A DNA stretch of 64,000 nucleotides from a bacterium (GTDB taxonomy: Bacteria > Patescibacteriota > Patescibacteriia > JACQRZ01): contig JAUYIE010000003.1 of NCBI GenBank assembly GCA_030688365.1, forward strand, positions 30,417 through 94,416, read 5' to 3'. The notes under the pieces were generated by a model that worked only from the letters and a program-made list of their open reading frames with translations, searched no databases and was not told the DNA's origin. Positions 7,402-15,908 of the stretch are shown here, in pieces (within the stretch, counting starts at the first letter, position 1; each line of letters opens with the position of its first letter). The translations under genes were made by a program, and so were the position numbers.

Positions 7402-8543
7402 ATATGAGTGCACGTAAATTACATGGCTCATGGTGGGTTGATTTCCACTATGAAAGAAAACGACATCGCATCCGAAGCCCTGAAAACAGTAAGGTGGGGG
7501 CGACAGCATACGAGTCAATACTTCGACAACGTCTTGTCCGAGGCGAGCCTCTCATGTCAAAAAATCAACCTACCATACCAACCCTCAAAGAGTTCGCTCG
7601 ACAATGGTTTGAAACGTATGTCGTGACCAACAATAAGCCGTCTGAACAGCGAAATAAAAGAATACATCTTGCACGTCATTTATTGCCTTTTTTTGGAAAA
7701 CTCAGATTAGATGAAATTACTCGAGCGCATATTGAACAGTACAAAACGCACAAAATTGGCGAAGGACTGGCTCCCAAATCCGTAAACAACCATCTCGGAA
7801 TACTTAGCAAGTGCCTCCGATGTGCCGTTGAGTGGGAGGTAATAGACAAAACGCCACGCATGGGGACATTACGAGTCCCTCCGCCACCCTTTGACTTCTT
7901 GTCGCCTCGCGAAAGCCAAATGCTTCTTGAGGCCGCAACCGACTATCCGTGGGGTACTATGCTTCTCACTGCACTGCGAACAGGCATGAGGCTAGGAGAA
8001 CTGCTCGCGCTTGATTGGAACGATATAGATCTTGAACGGCGGATCATCGCCGTGCGACACTCACGAGTAGATGGAATCACAGGGAGTCCGAAAAATAACA
8101 AAGTGCGATATGTGCCGATATCATCGGAACTCCTTACCGCGTTCTACGCCATCCCGACTCGCACAGGGTATGTATTTGTCGCCTCGCACGGGAAAGCAGT
8201 GACAAAAAACATTGCCGCGTGGCACCTGAACAAATACTGCAAGCAAAGCAACCTCCGTCATATAGGATGGCATACGCTCCGTCATACCTTCGCATCACAG
8301 CTCGCCTCCTCCGGCGTTCCCTTGCGCATGGTTCAAGAATTTCTTGGACACTCAACACTTCAAATGACCGTGAGGTACGCGCACCTTGCGCCATCCTCAC
8401 TTGCCGACACAATCGACATACTTGATATGCTCCCAAATAGACAACCTGAAACATTTTGGGCACTATCTGGGCAACAAGGACAAAAAAATCTCGTTTTGCC
8501 TTCCGGCACGAGTGATAACCACAGTAGATATGCTGATATCTAA
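7398..8543 (+). CDS. tyrosine recombinase/integrase
   Basis: Catalytic R (TGMRLGEL), K (PKNNK), HxxR (HTLRH), H (LGHS) and Y (TVRYAH). Start could be 7392, 7398 or 7404. Confidence 0.95.
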   Translation: MNMSARKLHGSWWVDFHYERKRHRIRSPENSKVGATAYESILRQRLVRGEPLMSKNQPTIPTLKEFARQWFETYVVTNNKPSEQRNKRIHLARHLLPFFGKLRLDEITRAHIEQYKTHKIGEGLAPKSVNNHLGILSKCLRCAVEWEVIDKTPRMGTLRVPPPPFDFLSPRESQMLLEAATDYPWGTMLLTALRTGMRLGELLALDWNDIDLERRIIAVRHSRVDGITGSPKNNKVRYVPISSELLTAFYAIPTRTGYVFVASHGKAVTKNIAAWHLNKYCKQSNLRHIGWHTLRHTFASQLASSGVPLRMVQEFLGHSTLQMTVRYAHLAPSSLADTIDILDMLPNRQPETFWALSGQQGQKNLVLPSGTSDNHSRYADI

Positions 8544-8577
8544 AACAAAAAACCATCCAATAAAGGATGATTTCCTG

Positions 8578-8652
8578 TGGTGCTCTCGCCAGGAGTCGAA
8601 CCTGGATTGCAAGATCCGCAATCTTGCGTCCTATCCATTGAACGACGAGAGC
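8578..8652 (-). tRNA. tRNA-Arg(GCG)
   Basis: GCTCTCG...CAAGA-TTGCGGA-TCTTG...GGTTCGACTCC...CGAGAGCACCA; cloverleaf with encoded CCA. Confidence 0.93.
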
Positions 8653-8675
8653 ATAGTTACAATATATAAATCTGA

Positions 8676-9158
8676 TTATAATCGAAGTCTGCGAGTGAGC
8701 CAATCACCTAATGGTTCGTTGACATACTCGTTGCTTTCTTCAAGATAATCACAAAGAAAATCTCGCACTTCTCGCACTTCATGTTCGCGATGTGTATGCA
8801 ATGGAATCTTTACGACATGTTTCATTCCCCGTTGTGTCTGCACATACAACACATGCCCCACTTCTGTCTCTATGATCCAAAATGACTCAATATCAGTAAA
8901 TGGGTACCGTTGTTTTCCTAATGAAATACCCTCGGGTGAGAGAATGCACTTGATTTGAACCGGCGTCTGAAGAGAATGCGCAAACAATATGATCGTTACC
9001 ATGATAATCAAAAGTGGAAACGTAAAATTTTGTTGAGAAACACTCCACACCACCAAAAGACCTACTACAAGACCCGCAATAACATACCAAGATGTACTGC
9101 GATGAGGTATTTCATATTCAGGAAATGACCACTCTAACGTTGTATGATGTTTTTGCAT
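8676..9158 (-). CDS. 2-TM membrane protein with a PH-like C-terminal region, DUF5673-like
   Basis: WSFPEY...W, two TM helices, then GISLGKQRYPFTDIESFWI. Confidence 0.65.
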   Translation of the reverse strand: MQKHHTTLEWSFPEYEIPHRSTSWYVIAGLVVGLLVVWSVSQQNFTFPLLIIMVTIILFAHSLQTPVQIKCILSPEGISLGKQRYPFTDIESFWIIETEVGHVLYVQTQRGMKHVVKIPLHTHREHEVREVRDFLCDYLEESNEYVNEPLGDWLTRRLRL

Positions 9159-9174
9159 GGGAAATCGTTTATTA

Positions 9175-9266
9175 TGGCGGAGAGGGAGAGATTCGAACTC
9201 TCGAGGAGCTTTTACACCCCCAACACCTTAGCAGGGTGCCGCTTTAAACCACTCAGCCACCTCTCC
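9175..9266 (-). tRNA. tRNA-Ser(GCT)
   Basis: GGAGAGGTGGCTGAGTGG...GCACC-CTGCTAA-GGTGT, long variable arm, GTTCGAATC, CCA end. Confidence 0.95.
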
Positions 9267-9306
9267 ACACCCTTGCACATAACGATACCATTCACTGATA
9301 ATATCG

Positions 9307-10041
9307 TCAACGGACAGGCGTATGGCGAGGTGGTATACCATGCGCGAATACAAGGGCGGAAATCTTCTCTGCACCAGCCATGCGCAATGCACGTGCTGCT
9401 GATCTGAGTGTAGCACCAGTTGTGGTCACATCATCAACTAAAATAATTCGTTTAGGTATATCACGAGTACACACCACAGAATAAACGTCTTCCATATTTT
9501 CCCATCGTGCAGACACGCCCAACGTTGCTTGTGGGGCACGTGCTACTGTGCGTATCAACAATCGTGAATATATTGCTCTTTGACATACCTGCGCTATACC
9601 TTGTGCTAGACATAGAGATTGATTAAATCCTCTCTCTTTGTAACGTATTTTATCCAGTGGTATCGGCACAATAGCATCCGTATCGCTATATTCATCAATC
9701 ATACGTGAACCCAAAATGATACCAAGATCCATGCCCAATGCTTCTCTATACCCATACTTTAATGTATGTATCATATGAGCGATGTGCACATCATCATAGC
9801 GATATCCTATCCATAGATCATCTAAACCCCAAAGTCTTGAGCAACTCTCACAAATATTTGATCGTTCGCTTGTCCCACGACACCACGCGCACACGTTTTG
9901 AGGCCATGACGTCAGAGTATAGACACATTGGCTACACAAAAAAGCGCCTTCTGTATTACAGACGACGCAAAGACGCGGAAAAAGAATATCCCAAAATACA
10001 TCTCCAACACGATGTAGCGTATTGCTCAAAAATCGTTGCAT
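9307..10041 (-). CDS. comF: ComF/ComFC family protein (double Zn ribbon plus PRTase)
   Basis: LFPRLCVVC, several CxxC pairs, ERGFNQS and LVDDVTTTGATL. Confidence 0.92.
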   Translation of the reverse strand: MQRFLSNTLHRVGDVFWDILFPRLCVVCNTEGAFLCSQCVYTLTSWPQNVCAWCRGTSERSNICESCSRLWGLDDLWIGYRYDDVHIAHMIHTLKYGYREALGMDLGIILGSRMIDEYSDTDAIVPIPLDKIRYKERGFNQSLCLAQGIAQVCQRAIYSRLLIRTVARAPQATLGVSARWENMEDVYSVVCTRDIPKRIILVDDVTTTGATLRSAARALRMAGAEKISALVFAHGIPPRHTPVR

Positions 10042-10652
10042 TATTCTTTCCAGTCCACCGAATCAACGAGCCACACGCTCCCTTCTTTCATCATCTGTAT
10101 GGTCGCATCTTGATTATACACCTTACTATTTGTCACCGTGCCAACTGATTCCTTTCTTTGTACTGTCATCGTGATTTGGGCATCAATATCATTCATGCTT
10201 GCAACATGATACGAAAGAACAGTGGTGGTCGTACCTGCATAAATGGGTTGATACTCTACACTCTTCACTTCAGCAATCTTGTCTGTTGCCCATGTTTTCA
10301 ACGACTGTGTCATAAATGGTAACAATATCTCCAGATTTTTTCCGTTTCCTTGATTAGAAAAACTTCCCAACCGCTCAACAAACGGCACCGCTATAGCAAT
10401 CAAATCCGATTCTGCAGGTTCTAGCGGTGTCGCCGGTACTCGCGCCGCAGGATTGTCTGTCGTCGACGTAACAGGAGTTGTATCTGTACGTACAGTAGTG
10501 GTATCTTGCGGGGTTACTTGTGTTTGTTCATCTTCAGGCAGTGGCGTCTGTGTGTTATCGGGCCTCATAAAAATAATTGCACCGACAATCGCGAGTACCA
10601 CAACAATACCACCCCCAATGAGAATAAGTTTTGTCCGAGTTGTCATAATCAT
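10041..10652 (-). CDS. bitopic membrane protein of the T4SS-like locus, possibly VirB8/TcpC-like
   Basis: N-terminal TM, Thr/Pro linker, C-terminal NTF2-like pattern ending KEGSVWLVDSVDW. Confidence 0.55.
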   Translation of the reverse strand: MIMTTRTKLILIGGGIVVVLAIVGAIIFMRPDNTQTPLPEDEQTQVTPQDTTTVRTDTTPVTSTTDNPAARVPATPLEPAESDLIAIAVPFVERLGSFSNQGNGKNLEILLPFMTQSLKTWATDKIAEVKSVEYQPIYAGTTTTVLSYHVASMNDIDAQITMTVQRKESVGTVTNSKVYNQDATIQMMKEGSVWLVDSVDWKE

Positions 10653-10665
10653 ATAATAAATATTA

Positions 10666-12543
10666 TTATTCTAATCCTTTTTCTTCTGCAAATTCTTCCT
10701 TTGCTTCCTCAATCTCCAAAAGCTGGCGCGGGTCAGTCGTAATCAGCTGATCTTCAGCATACGATGCCACTACTTTGATAGCCGCATGTTTCTGTCCAGC
10801 GAAGAAAATACCTTCCCCGGGTGCTGATTCAAGCAATAGATATTTCTCTCCTTCTGTAAGTAAAAATGTTTCCTGAATCAAATCTATGGACGCAGTAGAT
10901 TGTTTTAACAAAAGTTGAATAGCCGAGTTGGTCAAAATCGCCTTGCCGTATTGAGAACCAAGAAAATCGTTTACATCTTGAGTGATGGTGGTCAATCCCA
11001 AATAATATTTACGACATCGCTTTGCAAGCGCGTACACAAATTTTGCCGAATCCTCGTGTTGCATCAACCACCACGCCTCATCAATAACCAATATACGTTT
11101 TTTCATTTCCGAGCGCACGACGTTCCAGATATAGTTTACCACCGTATAGATGGCAATCGGTCTCAATTCGTCTTCCAAATCACGAACAGAAAATACAACC
11201 AATTGATTCTTTGTATCTACGTTCGTCGGTTTATTAAACAATCCAGCGAACGTGCCTTCAGTATATTTTTTTAGCTTCGCAACCAGTTCTCCCCCGCCTT
11301 CCATACCTTCCAACACATCTTGAAAATCGCTCATTGTTGGAGATTCTACGCCTTTGCTGAGATCCACATCTGGTGTGATATCTTTCTTTGCGTATGTTTC
11401 AATAAGAGCGCGATCAACAATAGAATCTTCTTGTTGAGTAAATGACCCTAACATGAGACGGAATAATCCTTTTAACATAATAACTGCACTTCGGATTGTA
11501 TCTGCTGTGGAGGTGGTATCGCCTACAGGTCGTGGTAAGTCAAACGGATTGATACGTGCAGTTGAAGAAAGTGCGATATTGATATATGTTCCACCAACTG
11601 CTTCGCATAGATGTTGATACTCGCGCTCCGGATCAATCACGATTACGTCCGTCCCCAACATCATTGAACGCAGAATTTCCAGTTTGATTGCGTAGGACTT
11701 GCCGGCGCCAGATGTCGCAAACACCACAGAGTTTGCATTCGGCATTGAAAAACGATCAAAAATAATCAAGCTATTATTATGTCGATTGATGCCGTACATT
11801 ACCCCGTTATCTGATGTTACATCCGAAGACACAAATGGAAATGATGCGGCCGCAGGCGACGTATTCATATTAAAAGGAATCTGAAGTTCATCAGAACCTA
11901 CTGGTACAGTAGAATTGTATCCTTGTTCCGCCTGATATAATACTCGTTTTGTATATACCATCTTTGCCGCATACAACGCCTCCACATCCTCCGTCAATTT
12001 ATTCAATTCATCCAGTGTTGATCCATACAACGTCATATACATACCGACAGAAAAAAAATGTTCAGTGCCAATCGTCAGGTCGTCACGCAATTTTTCGACG
12101 TCAGACATAGCACTTTCGGCCATTGGATCACGTGCCTTACCTTGTTCCTGTGCGGTAGAAATCTCCGCTTCCAAGCGTCCTACTTTCTCTTTGAGCTGTT
12201 TCAAAACGTATCGAGCGGGCAATGGTGAAAAATGCAATGCAATATCAAACGTAGCACTGTAATTAATGATATCTGCAAACCAACCGACGTTTAAATACCG
12301 AGGATACCCGACAACAAAAACAGTACGAGCATACGCGCTTCCAATACGTACATAATTTGACTGTACTTCCAGCGCGGACGGAGCGATTAAGTCACGGATA
12401 GTCAAAATCCCCTTCCTATATCTCAATTCTTCTTCAATGGCTTGCTTTTCATCTTTCACCTGCGCAGCATTGAGAGCTCGTTTCTCCTCTTCTATGGGAG
12501 AACGTCCTTTTTCGGAGATAGTTTGAATTGGTTGAAATGCCAT
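10666..12543 (-). CDS. virB4: VirB4-like ATPase
   Basis: Walker A ATSGAGKS, IDPEREY, INPFD, Walker B LVIDEAW, RKY and TQD motifs. Confidence 0.9.
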   Translation of the reverse strand: MAFQPIQTISEKGRSPIEEEKRALNAAQVKDEKQAIEEELRYRKGILTIRDLIAPSALEVQSNYVRIGSAYARTVFVVGYPRYLNVGWFADIINYSATFDIALHFSPLPARYVLKQLKEKVGRLEAEISTAQEQGKARDPMAESAMSDVEKLRDDLTIGTEHFFSVGMYMTLYGSTLDELNKLTEDVEALYAAKMVYTKRVLYQAEQGYNSTVPVGSDELQIPFNMNTSPAAASFPFVSSDVTSDNGVMYGINRHNNSLIIFDRFSMPNANSVVFATSGAGKSYAIKLEILRSMMLGTDVIVIDPEREYQHLCEAVGGTYINIALSSTARINPFDLPRPVGDTTSTADTIRSAVIMLKGLFRLMLGSFTQQEDSIVDRALIETYAKKDITPDVDLSKGVESPTMSDFQDVLEGMEGGGELVAKLKKYTEGTFAGLFNKPTNVDTKNQLVVFSVRDLEDELRPIAIYTVVNYIWNVVRSEMKKRILVIDEAWWLMQHEDSAKFVYALAKRCRKYYLGLTTITQDVNDFLGSQYGKAILTNSAIQLLLKQSTASIDLIQETFLLTEGEKYLLLESAPGEGIFFAGQKHAAIKVVASYAEDQLITTDPRQLLEIEEAKEEFAEEKGLE

Positions 12544-12550
12544 ACAGTTA

Positions 12551-13249
12551 TTATGACTCTACTTGAATTTTAGAAACGTCCACCATTTTTTCTCGGGTTG
12601 CCACGTCAGGGTTATATGTATTGTAATACAATTCTATAAGACTCTGTGTCTCCAATCGCACTGCGTTTAATCCCATACTAGAAAGGCCGTTCATGACATT
12701 GCTGACTCGTTGTTCCAAAAGATGTTTTCTATCCTCAAATTCCTGGTGACTTAATGCCAATGCCCTGTTGGTAGATATAAGCGCCTTTACTTGAGGCCAA
12801 AAACCATTCTTCTTATCCGATACAGGATCATAGGGCACGACAATAAAAAATTTCTTACTTGTAATATCCGAAAGTTCAACCATTTCTGAAATAAATTGAC
12901 GGTAGTCGGAAATCTGTAAACGCAACAGATCATTTGTCTGCTCTTTTTCCTTTTTTTCTAGACTGGATAAATAGTTATCAATATCAAGATTACGAGACTG
13001 GATGACAATCTCCAACGGAAACTCAATGGAGTTAAGAAACTGCATATATCCTTGAATGGTAGCGTTTTGTTCTTCTTCTGACTTCAATGAGAAGTTCATA
13101 GACGATACCAAAAGCACAGCACGTAATGTACCGTCTTGCATTACCACTACCCCTTCATGAATCTCCGCCATAGGAAGATATTTCTGGGTTGCAGGCGTGG
13201 AATGCGTTGCGTGAGGCGATTTTTCAATTTTTCCTTTCGTATTGGCCAT
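12551..13249 (-). CDS. T4SS-associated protein resembling the N-terminal part of a split VirB4/TraC
   Basis: LRAVLLVSSMNFSLKSEEEQ...IQSR pattern; lies between prgI and virB4. Confidence 0.65.
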   Translation of the reverse strand: MANTKGKIEKSPHATHSTPATQKYLPMAEIHEGVVVMQDGTLRAVLLVSSMNFSLKSEEEQNATIQGYMQFLNSIEFPLEIVIQSRNLDIDNYLSSLEKKEKEQTNDLLRLQISDYRQFISEMVELSDITSKKFFIVVPYDPVSDKKNGFWPQVKALISTNRALALSHQEFEDRKHLLEQRVSNVMNGLSSMGLNAVRLETQSLIELYYNTYNPDVATREKMVDVSKIQVES

Positions 13250-13254
13250 GAGCG

Positions 13255-13728
13255 TTATGATGATTTTATGTCACGTTGATTCTCACCGTGGTAGGCACCA
13301 CCTGTATCAACAATCAACGAGAGTTCCGAAAGTCGTTGTGCCGATGCGCTATCTTTTTCGTGGGGCAGACGATTACGTCGTTCAGTTGCTTCCATTTCCA
13401 GTCTATCTGCTTGTGCTTTTTCTAATGCTTCCCATTCTTTTTTTGTCGGTTCTTTTTTCCAAATCCGCAAACGAGGACGCGTACCGGATTTTGCAATGTT
13501 CAAAACAAAAAAATGAAATGGCTGACCATTTATCTTCAAAAAAGCGACGGTGCCGGCAATCCCGGCAATAATAATGCTTCCCAAAATAAAATAAACGGTA
13601 TCGACGACTTTATATAAAATGAACATGAGACCAAACCCCGCGAGAATGATAAGAAATTGACGAACGCTAAGAAACCATAATATCTTATCTTCATTTTCAA
13701 TAAATTGTGGAACGGTAAACTTTTCCAT
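13255..13728 (-). CDS. PrgI family membrane protein
   Basis: FTVPQFIENEDKI...LSVRQF, two TM helices, KINGQPF. Confidence 0.85.
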   Translation of the reverse strand: MEKFTVPQFIENEDKILWFLSVRQFLIILAGFGLMFILYKVVDTVYFILGSIIIAGIAGTVAFLKINGQPFHFFVLNIAKSGTRPRLRIWKKEPTKKEWEALEKAQADRLEMEATERRNRLPHEKDSASAQRLSELSLIVDTGGAYHGENQRDIKSS

Positions 13729-13785
13729 GGTGTAGATACCTCGAGCGAGGTGAGTACATTATTATTGTACCACATTATCAGGTTT

Positions 13786-15897
13786 TCAGAAGCGTAACAT
13801 CTCATTGAGTTCCATAAGCGCGTCAAATTCTGCTTCTGAAAGTGCGGATTTTCCTTGAGTCGTACGCGTTGCTATTGTTTCTGCTATCCCCTTGCCTGAA
13901 CCAAAACTTTCCTGTCCGATCGTGGTGTATAGCGAATGAACCTCACTTTGTTTCCACGCGTTGATACCTGCAACTTTTTTTGACGCCGAATCTTTCTCTA
14001 ACAGTTTGATCTTTTGATAAATACGTTTTGTAGCGGCTTGGGGATCATTTGACAACCTTCTAAAATCTTTCAACGTAAATGCACGGAGTTCATCCACAGG
14101 ATCCATCAAACGAGGTGGTACTTTTACGTCGGTCAGAGGTACTGTATATAGTGATGGCGTTCCACCTTGACGTACCGTTATTTCACGCGGTGGGTTTTGA
14201 CGTGAAGACGCGACTGATGGTTTTGCTGGTGTTGCAAGAGTAGACGCGCCAGACGACAATTTTGGTGTTTGTGAATTTCGCGCGGATGGAGATGTATCAT
14301 GTGCTTTCTCAACAATCATTGGCACGCCATGGACATCTTCTATGGCAAGACGTGGTTTGGGTTGCGGTGTAGGTGTATCAGCGTGAGGTACTTGTGTCGT
14401 ACGACCGGATACGCCAAAACGAGGATGCTGTTTTATCCGAGAACGAGATCCGAGAGGATTACTGTTCGCAACTGGTTTTGAAACAGGAGATGATGTAGAA
14501 GAAGGAGTATCGCCTTTTTGTGATGCGGTAGGCGTAGGATCAGTAGACGCTATTGGCACCGATGGCTTCATGATGGCAAAGTCAGGAATATCTCCGTGCG
14601 CGATCATATCAGCATATTTACTTGCTTCTTTAGTAAGACGAATCGCCACTTTGTGATCAAATTGTTGACCCGCTTTTTCAAAGCTTTCTATCAAAAACTC
14701 TCGTGTTTCAATGGCATCGCGGATATCGCGTATGCGTTTTATAATAATATTGCGAGTCGTATGTAACAGTGTTGCGTCCGGGATATGCAAGTCAATCGTT
14801 TTTATTACTCTATCGGCAATGATTTCATAATCAATGGTTTGCATTGATGGTGTAGGTGACGATGGAGGTGGTGGTGTGGTATCCGAAACTGGGGACGGAG
14901 TATGACCAGCGGGTGCTGTCGGCGATGTATCCACTTTTGCATCCGTCGTATCACCGCCATCTTGCTCATCATCATAGTGTAATTGCTCTTTTTCTATTTG
15001 ATCAAGCATGTGCTCTGCCTTTTGCGCATCATAAGGCAGGAAGTGCCAGTCATCGGGAGGCATTGATGCTAGACTTCGCGGATAATTGCGAATCGTTGCA
15101 TATAGCTCACACAGCTGACGTACAAGTTGTTTATCTTCTGCAGATAAACTCGTGATATGCGAAGATGTACCCAAATACTTGGCGATATTAATAGATGACA
15201 GATTGTTTGCTGAAAATGAAATATAATCACGAAGCCAGTTTTGTACTGACGAAGATACTGTTTTCCCGTCCAACTCCAATCTACCTTGACTCACATTTTC
15301 TGTATTTGCCAATAATAAATCAGCAAGTTTCTTATTAAAATCATCAATATTTGCCAAACATATATACAAACTATGATCCAGTTTGTATTTCACCATATCG
15401 GAAGACTCACGAAGTATATGGACTATGCTATGAGAGAAGATATCCTCAAACGCCTCTGCTTCCGAAGCGATATTTTCTGGAGTATTCCGCTCTGCGAGTT
15501 CTTGGGCTGACTCTGTTATGACTTTTGTTAAATATGCAAAAACAGGACTGTGAGTAGCAGTTTCCATTGCCCCCCCTAATGTACTGATAATGGATGTCAA
15601 GTCGCCAAAAATATCAGAAAAAGGCGCGCATATATTGACAAGAAGTTCTTGTGTTGCAGTTTGAGCATGGTCAGCATCCAATGCCAACTCTGACTGCAAC
15701 GTTGTCATTAAGTCCGATGGCGCCAGTTCTTTGATAAACAAACGACGAATAATGCGTAAAAGAATCTCGTTATGATCATCGCCTATATCATATCGTTGAT
15801 TGAAATCAATCAAAAAGTTAACCACATCAATAGAGTTTACCGCGTCCTGGACGGTGATTGGCAATGTATGAAATTTTGAAATACTATTGTCTTGCAT
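13786..15897 (-). CDS. hypothetical protein with Pro/Ser/Thr-rich disordered linkers (T4SS locus)
   Basis: 703-aa ORF, helical N- and C-terminal regions, low-complexity middle. Confidence 0.7.
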   Translation of the reverse strand: MQDNSISKFHTLPITVQDAVNSIDVVNFLIDFNQRYDIGDDHNEILLRIIRRLFIKELAPSDLMTTLQSELALDADHAQTATQELLVNICAPFSDIFGDLTSIISTLGGAMETATHSPVFAYLTKVITESAQELAERNTPENIASEAEAFEDIFSHSIVHILRESSDMVKYKLDHSLYICLANIDDFNKKLADLLLANTENVSQGRLELDGKTVSSSVQNWLRDYISFSANNLSSINIAKYLGTSSHITSLSAEDKQLVRQLCELYATIRNYPRSLASMPPDDWHFLPYDAQKAEHMLDQIEKEQLHYDDEQDGGDTTDAKVDTSPTAPAGHTPSPVSDTTPPPPSSPTPSMQTIDYEIIADRVIKTIDLHIPDATLLHTTRNIIIKRIRDIRDAIETREFLIESFEKAGQQFDHKVAIRLTKEASKYADMIAHGDIPDFAIMKPSVPIASTDPTPTASQKGDTPSSTSSPVSKPVANSNPLGSRSRIKQHPRFGVSGRTTQVPHADTPTPQPKPRLAIEDVHGVPMIVEKAHDTSPSARNSQTPKLSSGASTLATPAKPSVASSRQNPPREITVRQGGTPSLYTVPLTDVKVPPRLMDPVDELRAFTLKDFRRLSNDPQAATKRIYQKIKLLEKDSASKKVAGINAWKQSEVHSLYTTIGQESFGSGKGIAETIATRTTQGKSALSEAEFDALMELNEMLRF

Positions 15898-15908
15898 GGA
15901 AATAAATA

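Larger units (their letters stand above)
570..8595. mobile_element. ~8 kb tRNA-Arg-integrated element carrying an RT system
   Basis: Bounded by att direct repeats. Tyrosine integrase and excisionase abut the tRNA 3' end. No capsid, terminase or conjugation genes are recognisable. Confidence 0.85.
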
